Of a DNA stretch of 64,000 nucleotides, positions 46,009-57,770 are shown one piece after another. Under the pieces are notes generated by a model. The model did not search any database, had not been told where the DNA came from, and was given only the letters and a program-made list of their open reading frames with translations. A program made the position numbers and the translations under genes. Origin of the DNA: Hyaloraphidium curvatum SAG 235-1 (Eukaryota > Fungi > Monoblepharomycota); NCBI GenBank assembly GCA_025558095.1, contig JAIVFI010000028.1, positions 496,001 through 560,000 on the forward strand, written 5' to 3'. Numbering within the stretch: the stretch's first letter is position 1; the number at the start of each line of letters is the position of its first letter.

Positions 46009-47518
46009 CTACTCGTCGTCCTCGTCCTCGTCGTCATCTTCCTCGTCGGAGGACTCCTCTTCGGCCTCGCGGAGCCACTTGAAGAAGGGCTCGGCCTTCT
46101 TCCTGATCTCCTTGCTGACGTCCTGAAGCCCCAAAACTCAGCCACGCACGAACGATACTGCACGACGCCAACACACCTTCTTGACGTACTTGCTGCTGGG
46201 CTTGTCGGCCCAGGCCAGCATCACCTCCTCGTCGATCAGGTCTTCGTCGTACAGCAGTTTGAGAACCTTGATGACCTTGGGCATGAGCTCCTCGGGGTAC
46301 ATCTCGCCGACGAGCCGCTCGATGCCGCCAAGCAGGGCCTTCTGGGCCTTCTCGGCCTTGGAGCCCTTGAGGAAGGACGCGAGGAGCTCCTTGCGCTTCG
46401 GGAGCTGCTGCTCGATGCCGGCGTCGAAGAGCACCTGCGAGAGCACGACGAGGGCCTTGTCCCCGCGGATCCCGAGCTCCTTGGCCTTGGCCGCGATCTC
46501 CTCGTCGTCCATCCCGGGCTTGACGAAATCGCCGAACGCGTCCAGCGGGTTCCCGTCCTCGTCGTCGTCGTCGTCGCCCGTTGCCGCGAGCTTGGCCACG
46601 GCGCCCTGGAGCGCCTCCTTCTGCCGCGCCGCGATGGCGGCCGCCGACACGTCCTGCGACCACTCGTGCTCGTCCTTGTCGTCCACGACCAGGCGCGCGG
46701 CCTCGCGGGCGATCTCGTCGTCGTCGTCCCCGTCGGGGCCGCCGGGGGTCGAGGGGGCGACCTCCGAGGTGGGCGAGCCACCGCCGTTGCCCAGCGCGTC
46801 CTGCTTCTTCTTCTTGAGCGCCTTCTCGGCCCTGCAGGCAAGGATGCGGATCAGAAAAAGCCGTCCGGGAGGCCACGTGGGACCCACTTGGAGTACTGCT
46901 TCTGCTTTTCCGGAGGCGGGTGGTTCAGGATGAACGTGACCAGCTTGTGCTTCATGTCCACGTTGGTCGTCTTGCCGCACGCCATGCACTTCTTGGTGAT
47001 GTCCCCGTTCTTGATGATGATGTCCGTCTCGGGGTTGGCGCAGTTGCCGCACAGCACGAACTTGTCGATGAACTTGTCCAGCAGCTCCTGCAGCCGCGAG
47101 GCGTCGTGCGCGCCATTGACGATGTACCGGTCGTTCTTCTCGTCCATGGAGACCTGCGCGCCGAGCTCGCAGCCAAAGAACTTGGTCGGGTCTGCGGGGG
47201 GCGCGCCGGGTCAGCAAGGCCTCTCGACACCGCGCCGGCCGTAGATCCGGCGCGAAACAAAGGACACGCACACGTCGCCGGCCTGTGCAGCGCCTTGGCG
47301 ATGTCGGACATGTTGGGGATGAGCGTCTTGATGCCGTTGCCGCGGCCCTCGATGGTCCGGGTCAGCCGGGGCATCTTGTAGCGGTAGAACGGGTCATCCC
47401 GGTTCGCAATGTTCTGGAAAGGTTGGAAACCGGTCAGATCCGAGGCGGGGAGGGCCCGGTGGGTGCCGGGGGCCGGCCCGCGGCCGGGTCGGGAGGCGGG
47501 ACCCACGATGGTCGCCAT
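46009..47518 (-). CDS. TIF5: Eukaryotic translation initiation factor 5
   Basis: [43 protein letters not shown] zinc finger, W2 domain [25 protein letters not shown]. Confidence 0.96.
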
Positions 47519-47537
47519 CCTTGCGGTTCCTGCCCTC

Positions 47538-47615
47538 CTAAGCCGTCAGAATCGAATTCGTCCTATGCGGTCCCGTTTCCTGGCACTTCCGTCCCTCCCC
47601 GGCGTCCACAAGCAT
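47538..47615 (-). promoter_or_regulatory. eIF5 leader uORF2 (25 aa), poor start context TTT-ATG-C
   Basis: gcttt ATG ctt...gct TAG, ending 19 nt before the main AAGG-ATG-G. May be altered by splicing (ctgac..ttag looks like a branch point and acceptor). Confidence 0.55.
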
Positions 47616-47661
47616 AAAGCTCCGGTTATCCGTGGCGGTCAAGGTCTGCCCCGGTCGGCGT

Positions 47662-47763
47662 TCAGGGCGGGCCCCGCAGCTTTCTCTGCCTCGGCGGCGG
47701 CGGACGGTAGCGGGCTCCTTTCACGCGTGCGATACTGGGCGCGTCTGCGGGCCGCCAATTCAT
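47662..47763 (-). promoter_or_regulatory. eIF5 leader uORF1 (33 aa), poor start context TTC-ATG-A
   Basis: MNWRPADAPSIARVKGARYRPPPPRQRKLRGPP*, downstream of a probable 5'UTR intron 47803-47857. Confidence 0.55.
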
Positions 47764-48330
47764 GAAGCGTCGGACGGGGGTGTGCGGCGGGGTTGCCTCG
47801 CTCTGCGGGCCGGGGGGAGTCTGAGGGGCGGCCGGGCGCGGCGGCGGGCGGGCGCACCTGGGTGCTATGTGGGAGGAGGCGCTCGGCACTCGCGGGGTCG
47901 CGGCGGTGCGCGGGGGACTCGGAAGAAAAGAGCTCGTGAGTCGTTGGCGGTGGCGGTGGGGTTAGCGGATGTACTGCGTGGGTCGGCTTAGCGATTTCTG
48001 GTAGTCACAACGTCGAGAGCAAGTCCGAGAGTCGCAATCCGTCTTCGCGGCTCAAGACACCAGGCAAAGACGGCGGAAGATGGACCATTGGAGTCGGTCG
48101 GAAAGAGCAGCTTAGGCAACGACTCGATCTATGTGCCGGATCACGGCCTCCAACGAACTACCGATCCTACATTGCCAGGAAGACTCAAATCCACGACCAT
48201 CAGACGTTTCCATGATGCAGCGCAACGCGAAGCGTGTCCAGATGGCCCGGGGCCGGAGCCTCGCGGGGCCGAGTCGGTATCTCCGCCCATCGGCTGCTGT
48301 CCCGTGTCGGCGACCGTTCGAGGCCCGGGC

Positions 48331-48618
48331 TCAAGCGACCTCCCGCCAGCTCTTGTACGGCACCACCCGCCTCGCCTGGGTCCTCCCGGCGGGCACCTCC
48401 TCGCAGGGCGGGCCGTCAAGGGAGAACGGGGCGTACGCGGGGACCAGAAGGCCGCCGCCGGCCGCGGCCGCGTGGAGGGAGTAGAAGTCCGAGGGCGCGG
48501 AGCGGGAGGGGAAGGCGGAGTCCGTGCGGGAGAGGGAGGGGGCGGAGGCGCCGGGGAAGGTGGCGGCGCGGGAGGAGGAGGGCGAGGGGGAGCGGGGGCG
48601 CGACGCGTTCTGGCCCAT
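48331..48618 (-). CDS. Small hypothetical protein with an N-myristoylation-like start (MGQNAS)
   Basis: ATG in accATGG context with MGxxxS; may splice into a downstream exon. Confidence 0.35.
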   Translation of the reverse strand: MGQNASRPRSPSPSSSRAATFPGASAPSLSRTDSAFPSRSAPSDFYSLHAAAAGGGLLVPAYAPFSLDGPPCEEVPAGRTQARRVVPYKSWREVA

Positions 48619-49093
48619 GGTGTCTGGTTGCGTTCGGGGGGCTGGGTGGAGCAGAGGTGGCTCGGAGGTGCTGCTGCTCGTGTTTGCGATGGCGTTCCGC
48701 CGCTTCGAAGACCGGGTTTATCTATGTTTCGCGCGGGAATCGAGGAACGGTTCGGGGGGTCCAGGGAAGCTTCCGCCCGAAGGGCCCAGATTTCCCGCCG
48801 GAACTCTCGACGTCACGACCCGATTTCTCACGCGCGGCATCGGCGATGCGCGCCGCGTTGAGTCAAGATATGCGGACGATAACGGAACAGATTGCCGCGG
48901 CGTTCGGCGGGGGTTTTGGGCCCGCATCGGGGGGACAAGGCCACGTATCCGCGGGGGCCGCAGTGCAAGATCTCGAGACAACGCAACTACCAATTGCCAC
49001 AACGATTGCCACCACCGCCCTCCAAGCCACGGGTGCGGAGACACAGCACTGTATCCCCGCTTTGGAACCTCCCTCCCCCGTGCCGCCAAAGTA

Positions 49094-49531
49094 CTACGCC
49101 GCCTTGCCGGCCTTGTCTCCCTTTCCCCCGCCGACGAGCAGGTCCAGCGCGATCAGCACCGTCGCCACCGTCGTCGCCACCGCCGGCGGCTGGATGAAGT
49201 GGCCCCACGAGACGGCCGCGATGGCCCCCGACGCGAGCAGCGCGGCCACCGTGGCCATGGCGCGGTCCTTCTTGGGGGTGCCGGCCAGCGCGGCGAGCGT
49301 GAGGCCCAGGTAGGCCTCGAACGCGGTGCAGAGGTGGCTGAGGCCTTCGTAGTAGATGTAGTGCGAGCGCGCGGTGCCGAAGTCCTCGAAGGTGTCCTTT
49401 GCGAGGGCGACGAGAGAAGCGTGGCCGTTGCGCGAGGGGGAGCCGGAGAAGACGAGGGTGTGGCCGTACAAGTGCCCGGCCATGGTGAAGAAATGGAGAA
49501 AGGAAGCGAATGCGAGCAGGTAGGAGGGCAT
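49094..49531 (-). CDS. Small 4-TM membrane protein of unknown function
   Basis: 145 aa, hydrophobic helices, GHLYGH and HFIQPPA motifs, host codon bias. Confidence 0.7.
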   Translation of the reverse strand: MPSYLLAFASFLHFFTMAGHLYGHTLVFSGSPSRNGHASLVALAKDTFEDFGTARSHYIYYEGLSHLCTAFEAYLGLTLAALAGTPKKDRAMATVAALLASGAIAAVSWGHFIQPPAVATTVATVLIALDLLVGGGKGDKAGKAA

Positions 49532-49631
49532 TTTCGCGCGCTTCCGCGGGGCAGTTCGCGGGCAACGTAATGCAGCGGGCGCGGCGGGCCGCACGGCCCC
49601 CCGACCCCACCTTCGTCGCCACCCTCTCGCG

Positions 49632-50345
49632 ATGCCCGGTCCTCTGCTCCCCGCCGAGCTCGTCCTGATGATCATGCACATCCTCGCCGGTGGCCGCCGC
49701 CGCCGCACGCTCCTCGCCCTCTCCCGCGCGTGCCGCTCGTTCTACGCGCTCGGGATGCCCGCGCTGCTCCGCCGCATCGACGTGCACGCGGGGAACCTCG
49801 GCGCGGTGGCAAACAGGGTCAAGTGGACGCGGCCCAGGAGGAGGTCGCTCGAGGCGCCGAGCCCCATGCTGGACGAGCTGGGCGCGGTGCGCGAGGTGTC
49901 GGTCGCGCTCGCGGACGTCGACCGGTTGGGGATGACCCTCCGAGAGGCGCTCGTCGACATGCGGAACCTGCGGAAGCTCGAAATCGACTGCACCGGCGCG
50001 GGTTCGCACGACGCGGCCTACGAAGTAATGTCCTGGGTCAAGAAGGCGCTCGCGGAAGTGGCCGTCACCTCGGCGGACGTCAAGACCGTCCAATACATGC
50101 TCCAGCACTGCAGCAAGTGGAAAGGAACCGGCCTCTTGGTGTTCGACCCCGCCGATCCCCCCTCGTTCGGGAGCCGCGAGACCGTCAGGAGTCTCAAGCC
50201 GCACTCCGCTCCCAAGACCAAGCGCCGCGGATGGAAGGTCGAGATCCGCGGGCTCGTGGATTGCAGGGCCGGAGGAGGTTGGAACCTCAAGCGGCAGCGC
50301 AAGTACTGGGCGGCGTACGGGCACGGCGCGTCGGTGGTGCCGTGA
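49632..50345 (+). CDS. F-box-like hypothetical protein, paralogue A
   Basis: LPAELVLMIMHIL..TLLALSRACRSFYALGMPALLRRIDV; aligns end to end with 54662-55387. Confidence 0.75.
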   Translation: MPGPLLPAELVLMIMHILAGGRRRRTLLALSRACRSFYALGMPALLRRIDVHAGNLGAVANRVKWTRPRRRSLEAPSPMLDELGAVREVSVALADVDRLGMTLREALVDMRNLRKLEIDCTGAGSHDAAYEVMSWVKKALAEVAVTSADVKTVQYMLQHCSKWKGTGLLVFDPADPPSFGSRETVRSLKPHSAPKTKRRGWKVEIRGLVDCRAGGGWNLKRQRKYWAAYGHGASVVP

Positions 50346-50491
50346 GCGGCGGACGGCGGGCTTCGGGCGCGGCGTCAGAATGCCACTAGTCCTGCTGAGG
50401 ACCATACCGCGAGCAAACAGCTCGAAATGAGACGAGATCCCTCCCTAGCACGGGCTCCCAACTCCCACGCGACATCCTGCGCCGCCCGCCC

Positions 50492-51367
50492 TCACGCCTT
50501 CCTCAACGGGATCCTCAGGCTCCCCAACCCCACGCTCACCCCGTCCTTGCTCACATTCACCCTCATGTTCCCCATCTGCTTGCTCATCGTCGCCCCGCCC
50601 TTGGCCACGTGCACCTGCGTGCCCGGCGCCACGTCCACCACCGCCCTCGGCCCCCCGGAGCCGACGTAGATGTCCGTGTTGGGCGAGACTTCGACCTTGG
50701 CGGTGGCGCTGGTCGAGAGGCCGTCCTCGGTGAGGCGGACGCCGCCGACGAGGGTGGTCTTGTCGTTGACCTGGAAACGCGGGGTCAGATGCCGCCCTCG
50801 TACCTCGGCGGCCACCAACCTGCACTGCCTGGTAGTTCTGGACCGAGGGGCCGTTGGTCCCCACGGTCACCGACGTCCCGTTGTTCCCGACCCCCTTTGT
50901 GACGCTCGCTGACGGTCCGCTGCCATCGACGCCCCTTAGCCGCCCTCCCTCCCCGATGGGACGCCTCCAACCCACCCCGGACCCATCCCAACCTGCGCAT
51001 ACGTGTTCCCCGACGCCTGCCCCGACCCCGCGACGACCATCGCCCCCGCCACCGGCACAATGCTCGCCTGCTGCACCGGCGGTGCCGCGTACTGCGCCGG
51101 CGCGGAGGGGAAGTCCCACTGCGACTGCCCCGTGGCGGTGTTGACGTAGAACACCTTGCCGGTGGAGTGGTCCGTCTGCGCGAAGAACCCGGGGGGCAGC
51201 GCGGGCGGGGCGGCGGGGGCGGAGGGGTGTTCCCATTGCGATTGGCCGGTGGCGGTGTTGACGAAGAACACCTTGCCGGTGGCGGGGTCGGTCTGCGCGA
51301 TGAAACCCGGGGGGAGCGCGGGAGGGGCGGCGGCGCGTGGGGGGAGCGGGGGCTGGGCGGCCGACAT
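50492..51367 (-). CDS. Tandem WW-domain protein with a beta-strand-rich repetitive C-terminus, 3 exons
   Basis: Two LPPGF..QTD..TGKVF(F/Y)VNTATGQSQW..P units, then Gly/Val/Thr-rich hairpin-like repeats. Confidence 0.8.
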
Positions 51368-51693
51368 GCCGGTCGGTGCGGGGCGGCCGCCGGAGCGGAG
51401 GAGGAGGGAAGGGAGAAAAGGCGGAGGAGAAAGGCGGAGATTCGAGGTGGGAGCAGGGAGTGATTGAGGCTCCGTGCCGGAGGGACCAGCAGGGAGCAGG
51501 GGGTAGCCCAGTGGCCGACGCGTTGTCGGCATCCCCCGTTTCTCAATCCGATCACGTCCGTTCTTCCATCGATTCCGGGCTCTGCTGGTTGGATCCCGAG
51601 CTCCGGGCTATTCGCTCGGCTGATGCGCTCTGCTCGCGGCCGCGGACCGTCGACTCACCGGTCGCCCCGTCACCCACCAATCACGGACCCACC

Positions 51694-52665
51694 ATGGCCC
51701 TCCCCGAAGAAGTCGCCGCCTTCGCCACCCCCGTCTCCCTCCCCCACGCCATGAACTCCCCTCCGACCGCCGTCTGCGTGCTCCGCGGCGACGCGGGCGT
51801 CTCGGGCACCGTCTCGTTCGCTCAGGAGGGCGACGGCGTGCGGGTCGAGTACGAGGTGCAGGGGCTCAAGGCGGGTCTCCGCTCGTTCCTGCGGTTGGAA
51901 AGACCGTGCTGAAGCGGCGAGGCAGCCGGGCAAGCACGGGTTCCACGTCCACGAGGTGGGCTTCCCCCTCCCTCCGCGCGTACCGCTGACCTGTCCCGCA
52001 GTTCGGCGACAACACCAACGGATGGTGGGTCCCCTCCCTCTCGCGGTGCACGGATGATTGAGAGATGCGAAGCACGAGCGCGGGGGACCACTACAACCCG
52101 TTCGGGAAGGTGCACGGGGCGCCGGAGGACGAGGAGAGGCATGCCGGTCCGTCTCCTTGCGCGTATCGGGAGACCCAGTTGTGCTGATTGGAGACTAGGT
52201 GACCTGGGGAACATCGAGGCGGGGGAGGACGGCAAGGCGAGCGGGGTGATCGTGGACAGGATGGTGCGGCTGGAGGGGGAGCGGAGCGTCGTCGGGTGGG
52301 TCGTGGTCGCCCGCCCCGCCGGAACGCCTGGGGTTTCCGTTCTGGCCGGGGTTGATGCATGCATCCCACAGGCGCACGATGGTGGTCCACGAGAACGAGG
52401 ACGACCTCGGCAAGGGCGGCCACGAGCTGAGCAAGAAGACGGGGAACGCCGGGGGGAGGCTCGCGTGCGGGGTGATCGGTGCGTCGTCTCCCCGCGGCCG
52501 AGTCGGAACTCATGCCGATTTGCGGTCGTTCAACGACGCACAGGGTACCGCGGACCCAGCCAGAGCCAGGGGCAGGGGCAGCAGCAGGCGCTGGCGGGGG
52601 CGCTGAAGGCGGCCCTGCGACGGATGTGGGTCGGGCCGATCACGGCAGATCTGTGGACGGGCTGA
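51694..52665 (+). CDS. SOD1: Cu/Zn superoxide dismutase, 7 exons, N- and C-terminal extensions
   Basis: GKHGFHVHE|FGDNTNG|[17 protein letters not shown]|GDLGNI..VVG|[29 protein letters not shown]. Confidence 0.93.
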
Positions 52666-52967
52666 CGGATCCATGCAGCTTGCAGGTCGCCTGAACGACA
52701 TCAATGTCGCACTCTTGTTTTCCTTCTTGATCTAGCTTGGCGGACAGTCAGATCTTTGTCGGGATCCTTGCGGTGGACGTCAAGGTCGCAATCGACGACA
52801 CAGACTCGAGCCGGCCGGTCCGCAACCACTTGCAGTCATCCATCCGAGCTCTGTTGCCCCACCCTTGCCGCATCCGCCCTCCTCCCCGCCCTCTGCTCCG
52901 CATCCCTCTCCGTCGCGAGCACCGGCCCCTCCTTCCAATAGCCCTTCAGATCCGGCAGCCCCCCGTC

Positions 52968-53792
52968 CTACCCGTCCCTGCTCGCATACACGAGCGTCGA
53001 TGACCTCCCGTCCGAGGAGTCGTCGGCCGCGGGGAGGAGCAGCTCCCGCAGCGCGTCGTCGAGCGCGCGCGCCTGTTCCTGGGCGGGGATGCCGCGGGTG
53101 TAGTCCGAGGGGGAGTGCGTGACGCCTACCGCCACGAGACTGTGGAAACTGACGTGCCGTGGGGCAGATGCGGTGGGATGGAGGCGGGCAGGGATGGTGG
53201 GGCAGGTGCTCCGCCGGGGTTGTTCGGCGGGGCGGCGGTGCGCGGCGGGCAGGGGCTCCGATGCGCGGCGGGGAACAGCAGGCTGGCTCTTCGGAACGTC
53301 GAGGACGAATGTGGAGTGGAAGGAGAGGATGTGTTCCGACGGCGCCGCCGAATAGGTATCAGAGTCCGAGTCCAACCCGCAGTCCCTGAAGCTCCCCGCC
53401 GCCGGGAGCGGGCTGCCGCTCCACAGCCCCGGCTTCGGCGCCTCGAAGATGCCCCACAACCCTGAGGAAGAAGGCGAGGGCGCGGCGGGTGCGTGCGGCG
53501 GTGCGGGCCGGGGGGGCTTCCGCGGCGGGGACGCAAGGGAGGGGAAGGGGACCCCGACGTCCCCGTCGCCGGTCGCGCCCCGAAGAGAACGAGAGTCATC
53601 GCCCGTCGTGAGCACTGCGGCCGCCGAGCGGGGGACGAGTTGGGAAACAAAGGAAATGTCGCGGTTCCACCCCGGCCGCGCGGCCGCCGCCTCGTCCCCG
53701 GCCCGCGGAGCGCGCGGGTCGGCGCACCGGCATGCGTCGCGCGAGAGGGAGGCCGAGCGAGAGCGGGCGTGCGGTGCCGGGTCCGCCTGCAT
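52968..53792 (-). CDS. Low-complexity protein with a C-terminal RVxF-like (PP1-docking) motif
   Basis: RHVSF..VAVGVTHSPSDYTR resembles fungal PP1-interactor C-termini; the rest looks disordered. Confidence 0.45.
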   Translation of the reverse strand: MQADPAPHARSRSASLSRDACRCADPRAPRAGDEAAAARPGWNRDISFVSQLVPRSAAAVLTTGDDSRSLRGATGDGDVGVPFPSLASPPRKPPRPAPPHAPAAPSPSSSGLWGIFEAPKPGLWSGSPLPAAGSFRDCGLDSDSDTYSAAPSEHILSFHSTFVLDVPKSQPAVPRRASEPLPAAHRRPAEQPRRSTCPTIPARLHPTASAPRHVSFHSLVAVGVTHSPSDYTRGIPAQEQARALDDALRELLLPAADDSSDGRSSTLVYASRDG

Positions 53793-54661
53793 GGGTTGTT
53801 GCTGGGGCCGCGGCGGTGGCGGGCGGAGTTTCGGCCGGCCCGTGAAATCCTACGGAACTGGGGGACGCGGCGGTCGACGGGCGCACCGGGCCGGCCGCCC
53901 GCGTCGTCGGCGTCGATGAGAAGAAGAAGAGGCTCAGAAGTCCGTCGTTCTGCGTCCTTTTCGCGGGGGAGGGCCGACGACCCTGATTTCAGGCTGGGAT
54001 TTCGACGATTCACACGAGCCTGTCGTCATCGGCTACCGTTCCGCGAAGAGGAGCGTCCGAACCCCTCGACCCCCCCGGCAAACAACCCATTGATCACCCA
54101 AGAGACACCCCCGGACGCACCGGGAACGCGGCGATGCGTCCCACCACGTAACGGAGGCCGGCCGAAATCCGTCGGAGAAAGCCACGGGTCCCTCGCCGAC
54201 CAAAAAGGGCTCGCCTCACCAGAACGCCGCGGACGCAATCCGCATCGTACCCGTCGCATGTGCTCCCGCGCGTCCTCCTGGTCGCTTTTGGGCTTGCGCC
54301 GTGCTCCCGCGCGCGAGGGGGATGCGTCCGAGGGTCCCGACGGCGGCACCGCCTCCGCGCATCCCCGCCGTCCGAGATCCGTTTGCGCAACCCCCGCTTG
54401 CCGCACCGCGACCCAAACAAGGTTCCGACATTCAAGGGGAGGAGCGGAGAGAAGGATTGGAAGCGGATGGCGCGGGACGGTTGCGGCGCAGGATGCTGGA
54501 TTGGGAGTGACAGGCAGCCTCCTCGGGCGCTCCATTCCTTTTGGCCGCGATCCTAACTCGCCCGCTACAGGTGCACGTCCCCAGAGACATTACATGTTTT
54601 CGCCTCGTACTCTCGTTGTTGCCCAGTGGATCGACGTGCGCTGTGCGCCGCTCGACACCGC

Positions 54662-55387
54662 TCACAGCACCGCGGACGCGCCGTGCCCGTACGCCTCCCA
54701 GTAGTTGCTCTGCTGGTACAGGCTCCACCCCCCCGCGGCCCTGGAGTCCACGAGCCCCCGCATCTCGACCCTCCAGCCGCGGCGCCTCCTGACGGCTCCG
54801 GGCGACCGCCGGAGCCCGCGGACGACCCTGCGGCAGCCGAGGGAGGCTGGGTCGGCGGGATGGAAAACCAGGAGGCACTTTTCAGTGCTTGAGGGGCACT
54901 TCGCCAGGTTTTCGAGAATGAACTGGATGGTCGCGATGTTTGCCGAGGTGACCACGACCTCCTCCAACGGGCTGCTGATCCAAGAGATGGCGGTAAGGGG
55001 CGCGTGGTGCAGCAGCGTTCCCCCGCAGTCGAAATGGAGGTTCTGCAGGTTCCACAGACCAGAAGGAGCGTCGCGGAGGGTCTCCACGCCCGCACTGTCG
55101 ACGTCCGCCAGCAGCACCGAAACTTCCGAGACCGCGCCCAGCTCCGCGAACATCGGGCTCAGCGCCTCGAGCGACCTCCGCCACGGCCGCGACCACTTGA
55201 GCCGGTTCGCCACCGCGTCCAGGTTTCCGGCGTGCACGTCGATGCGGCGGAACAAAAGCGGCATGGCGAGCGTGTAGAACGAACGGCACGCGCGGCACAG
55301 TTCCAGGAGCGTGTGGCGCTGGTGGCGCGCGAGAAGAAGCCTAATGATAGTCAAGACGAGCTCGGCGGGGAGCGTCGGGCCTGGCAT
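54662..55387 (-). CDS. F-box-like hypothetical protein, paralogue B
   Basis: MPGPTLPAELVL..RRIDVHAGNL..RRRGWRVEMRGLVD.RA.GGW.L..YWEAYGHGAS matches paralogue A. Confidence 0.75.
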   Translation of the reverse strand: MPGPTLPAELVLTIIRLLLARHQRHTLLELCRACRSFYTLAMPLLFRRIDVHAGNLDAVANRLKWSRPWRRSLEALSPMFAELGAVSEVSVLLADVDSAGVETLRDAPSGLWNLQNLHFDCGGTLLHHAPLTAISWISSPLEEVVVTSANIATIQFILENLAKCPSSTEKCLLVFHPADPASLGCRRVVRGLRRSPGAVRRRRGWRVEMRGLVDSRAAGGWSLYQQSNYWEAYGHGASAVL

Positions 55388-55633
55388 CGCGCGGGGAGGG
55401 CGCGGGGGAGGATGTTGTTGACGGGACGCGCATCCCCGACGCCGCTGGATTCGCACCGGTTCCCACCGAGGCAGCGAGCCATTCGGGGAGTCCAAAATGA
55501 TTCAATTCGAGGTGAAATCATTCCCACGGATGCTACCGGTGACCTCTCGATCGCCCAAAGGCGAGGCAACCGGCACCTCGTCACTCCCTCCACATCCGCA
55601 TCGCGGCCCGGTGGCGAGGCGGCGGCAATCTCG

Positions 55634-57083
55634 TCACTCGGCCTTGCCCGCCCCGGCCTCCTGCACCACCACGTCCTGCTTGTCCACGTCCTGCACGTAT
55701 CGAACCCCCGCCTTGCCCTCCTCACCGTACCTGCCGGGAAAAAGACGGTTGAGCCATCGGAGGCGGTGGGGAAGCCAGTGCGCGGGACGCACCAAGTCCC
55801 CTCCTTCATCCGCCGCTTCCGCTCCGCGTTCCACTTCCAGAAGGCTTTGTCGTATCCGAATAGCCAGTCCAGGCCCGGCAAGTAAGCCTGGTAGGAATTC
55901 TTAAACGTGATGTGATGGTGTTCGTGCACCGCGGGCCCGGGCCAGATCAGGGCGTTGTACGGCTCGAAGGGGAGGTCGTAACCTGCGCCGAAAAAGGCGA
56001 TTCAGTGCCGCGTTTTGCGCGGGAGAACCGTCTGGGCCTACCACAGTGGATCATATAGCCCATGTACGTCGTGATGGCATAGTAGACCATCTGGCGAGCA
56101 AAAGAAGGGGAGAGGCAAGGAAAACGGAGGAAAGTAGGGCAGAGAGAAGAATCAGAGTCAGGTCGCCCGCTTGAACGGCCCGGGAGGAAGAACCCACACA
56201 TCCGTGCCACGGCAGCTTCATCAGCCCCGTGCCCATGAGGTCGGCGAAGCGGGCCTGCAGGATGAGGTCGCCGATCGAGATGTGGTTGGTGACGAGGGGC
56301 CGGTTGACAATCTGCTCGTGGTGGCTGCCCGCGCAGGGTCAGCTCCCGTCACTCGAAGCGCAGTCAGCGGCAGGCCCACAATTTATGGCCTCCTAGACGG
56401 CTTTTGGGACCAGAAGGTCAGCTTGGCAGCGAACCAGGGCCGGAGGGCGACCCACTAGAGCCACGGGGTCTTGTGGATGATCACGTGCATGACGAACAGC
56501 ACAGTGTCGTCAATGTAGATCGCCGCCGCGATCCTCCACCACAGCCCCCAACCCCAACGGAGCTCCGTGTCCCGCGGGTCGACGCCGACGCCGATCTCGC
56601 CGCCCTTGAGGAAGCGGTGCACGTGGTACGACGCCCAGTACATTGGCAGAACGACGAGGAAGAAGCCGACGACGGCCTGCTTCCCAATGAACTTATCCCA
56701 TTCGTCGGCAATGTACTCCTTGGACAGGTTCCGGTGCGGCTGGATCCTGCGGCCCGGAGCGCGGCACGTCAGCCGCTGGGCGGCGTCGCACCGTCGCGGC
56801 CGGCAACCGACCGGTACTGCCGCCACCAGCCCTTCTCCTCGGCAATCTCGAACGTCCAGCATATCGTCACCCCGATTATCTTTCCCCCGCGGGCCGCGTG
56901 GTCAGCTCCCCGCCTCTTCGCCGGACGGCGCCGCAAACAAACCTTCAGCAATATGTACTGCATCAATGTATAGGTCAGCCATTCCCCGAACGTAGGCAGG
57001 AGCATGTTGACGAATGCCATGTGGAAGTCCGAGAGGCGGTCCGCAAGGCCGGGGCCCGAGGAGGGGGAAGTGGCGTTCGCCAT
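55634..57083 (-). CDS. Second fatty-acid hydroxylase / sterol desaturase-family protein, multi-exon
   Basis: HVIIH, HK|FHH built via a 21-nt micro-exon (56380-56400), IHC|GYD, HEHHH, LDWLFG. Confidence 0.85.
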
Positions 57084-57770
57084 GGTGCGCGGCTGGGAGG
57101 GGAGTGCGGCGGCCGTGGGAGAGAGTGCCGACCGGAGTCCGCTGGGAAGAGAGGGGAAGGAAAGGAAGAAGCGGTTTCCGAGCGCGGTCGGGCGGTGCAA
57201 GGGGAAAGGAGGACGGCGGCCGCGCGGGGAGACAGGCGGGTCCTTCGCCACCTTCTCTGGTGGCCGGATGAGCAACGAGCTAGCTGGGCCTTTGGTCGAA
57301 GTCACCACGGGATTTCCATCAAGAATGCTCCTATGATGCCAGTGCCGTCTTCCCTTGGCGTCTTCTTGTCTTCTGCTCGTTTGATGGTGCTGCAAGTTTC
57401 GAGGATCCCAGCACGGAGAAGCAGTATGGCCGCTCGATTGTACCAGAGCGCCTACACAAGATGACACTTTGGATCGTGGAATCAATCTCGGAAGACCTGT
57501 AAGCGAGCTCGTGTGCTAGTTGGTCTTCGGAGGAACGGTTCGAGATCGGGTACGGGTCGCTGAAGAGGCTGCTGGGTCGCTGGCCACGGTGCGTTCGCGG
57601 CGTGGGGCGCGGTGAGGGGCTTCGGGGTGTCGGGTGGTGCTGGGGAGCTTGTGCCCGGGGTGAACGCCGGGTCGTTGTGAGGTCGGATCACAATGATCTT
57701 TTTCAGATTGATCCTAGGAAGAGGCCACGTACATCCACCCATCGTACCCAGGAATCCCAGCATGTGCCGC

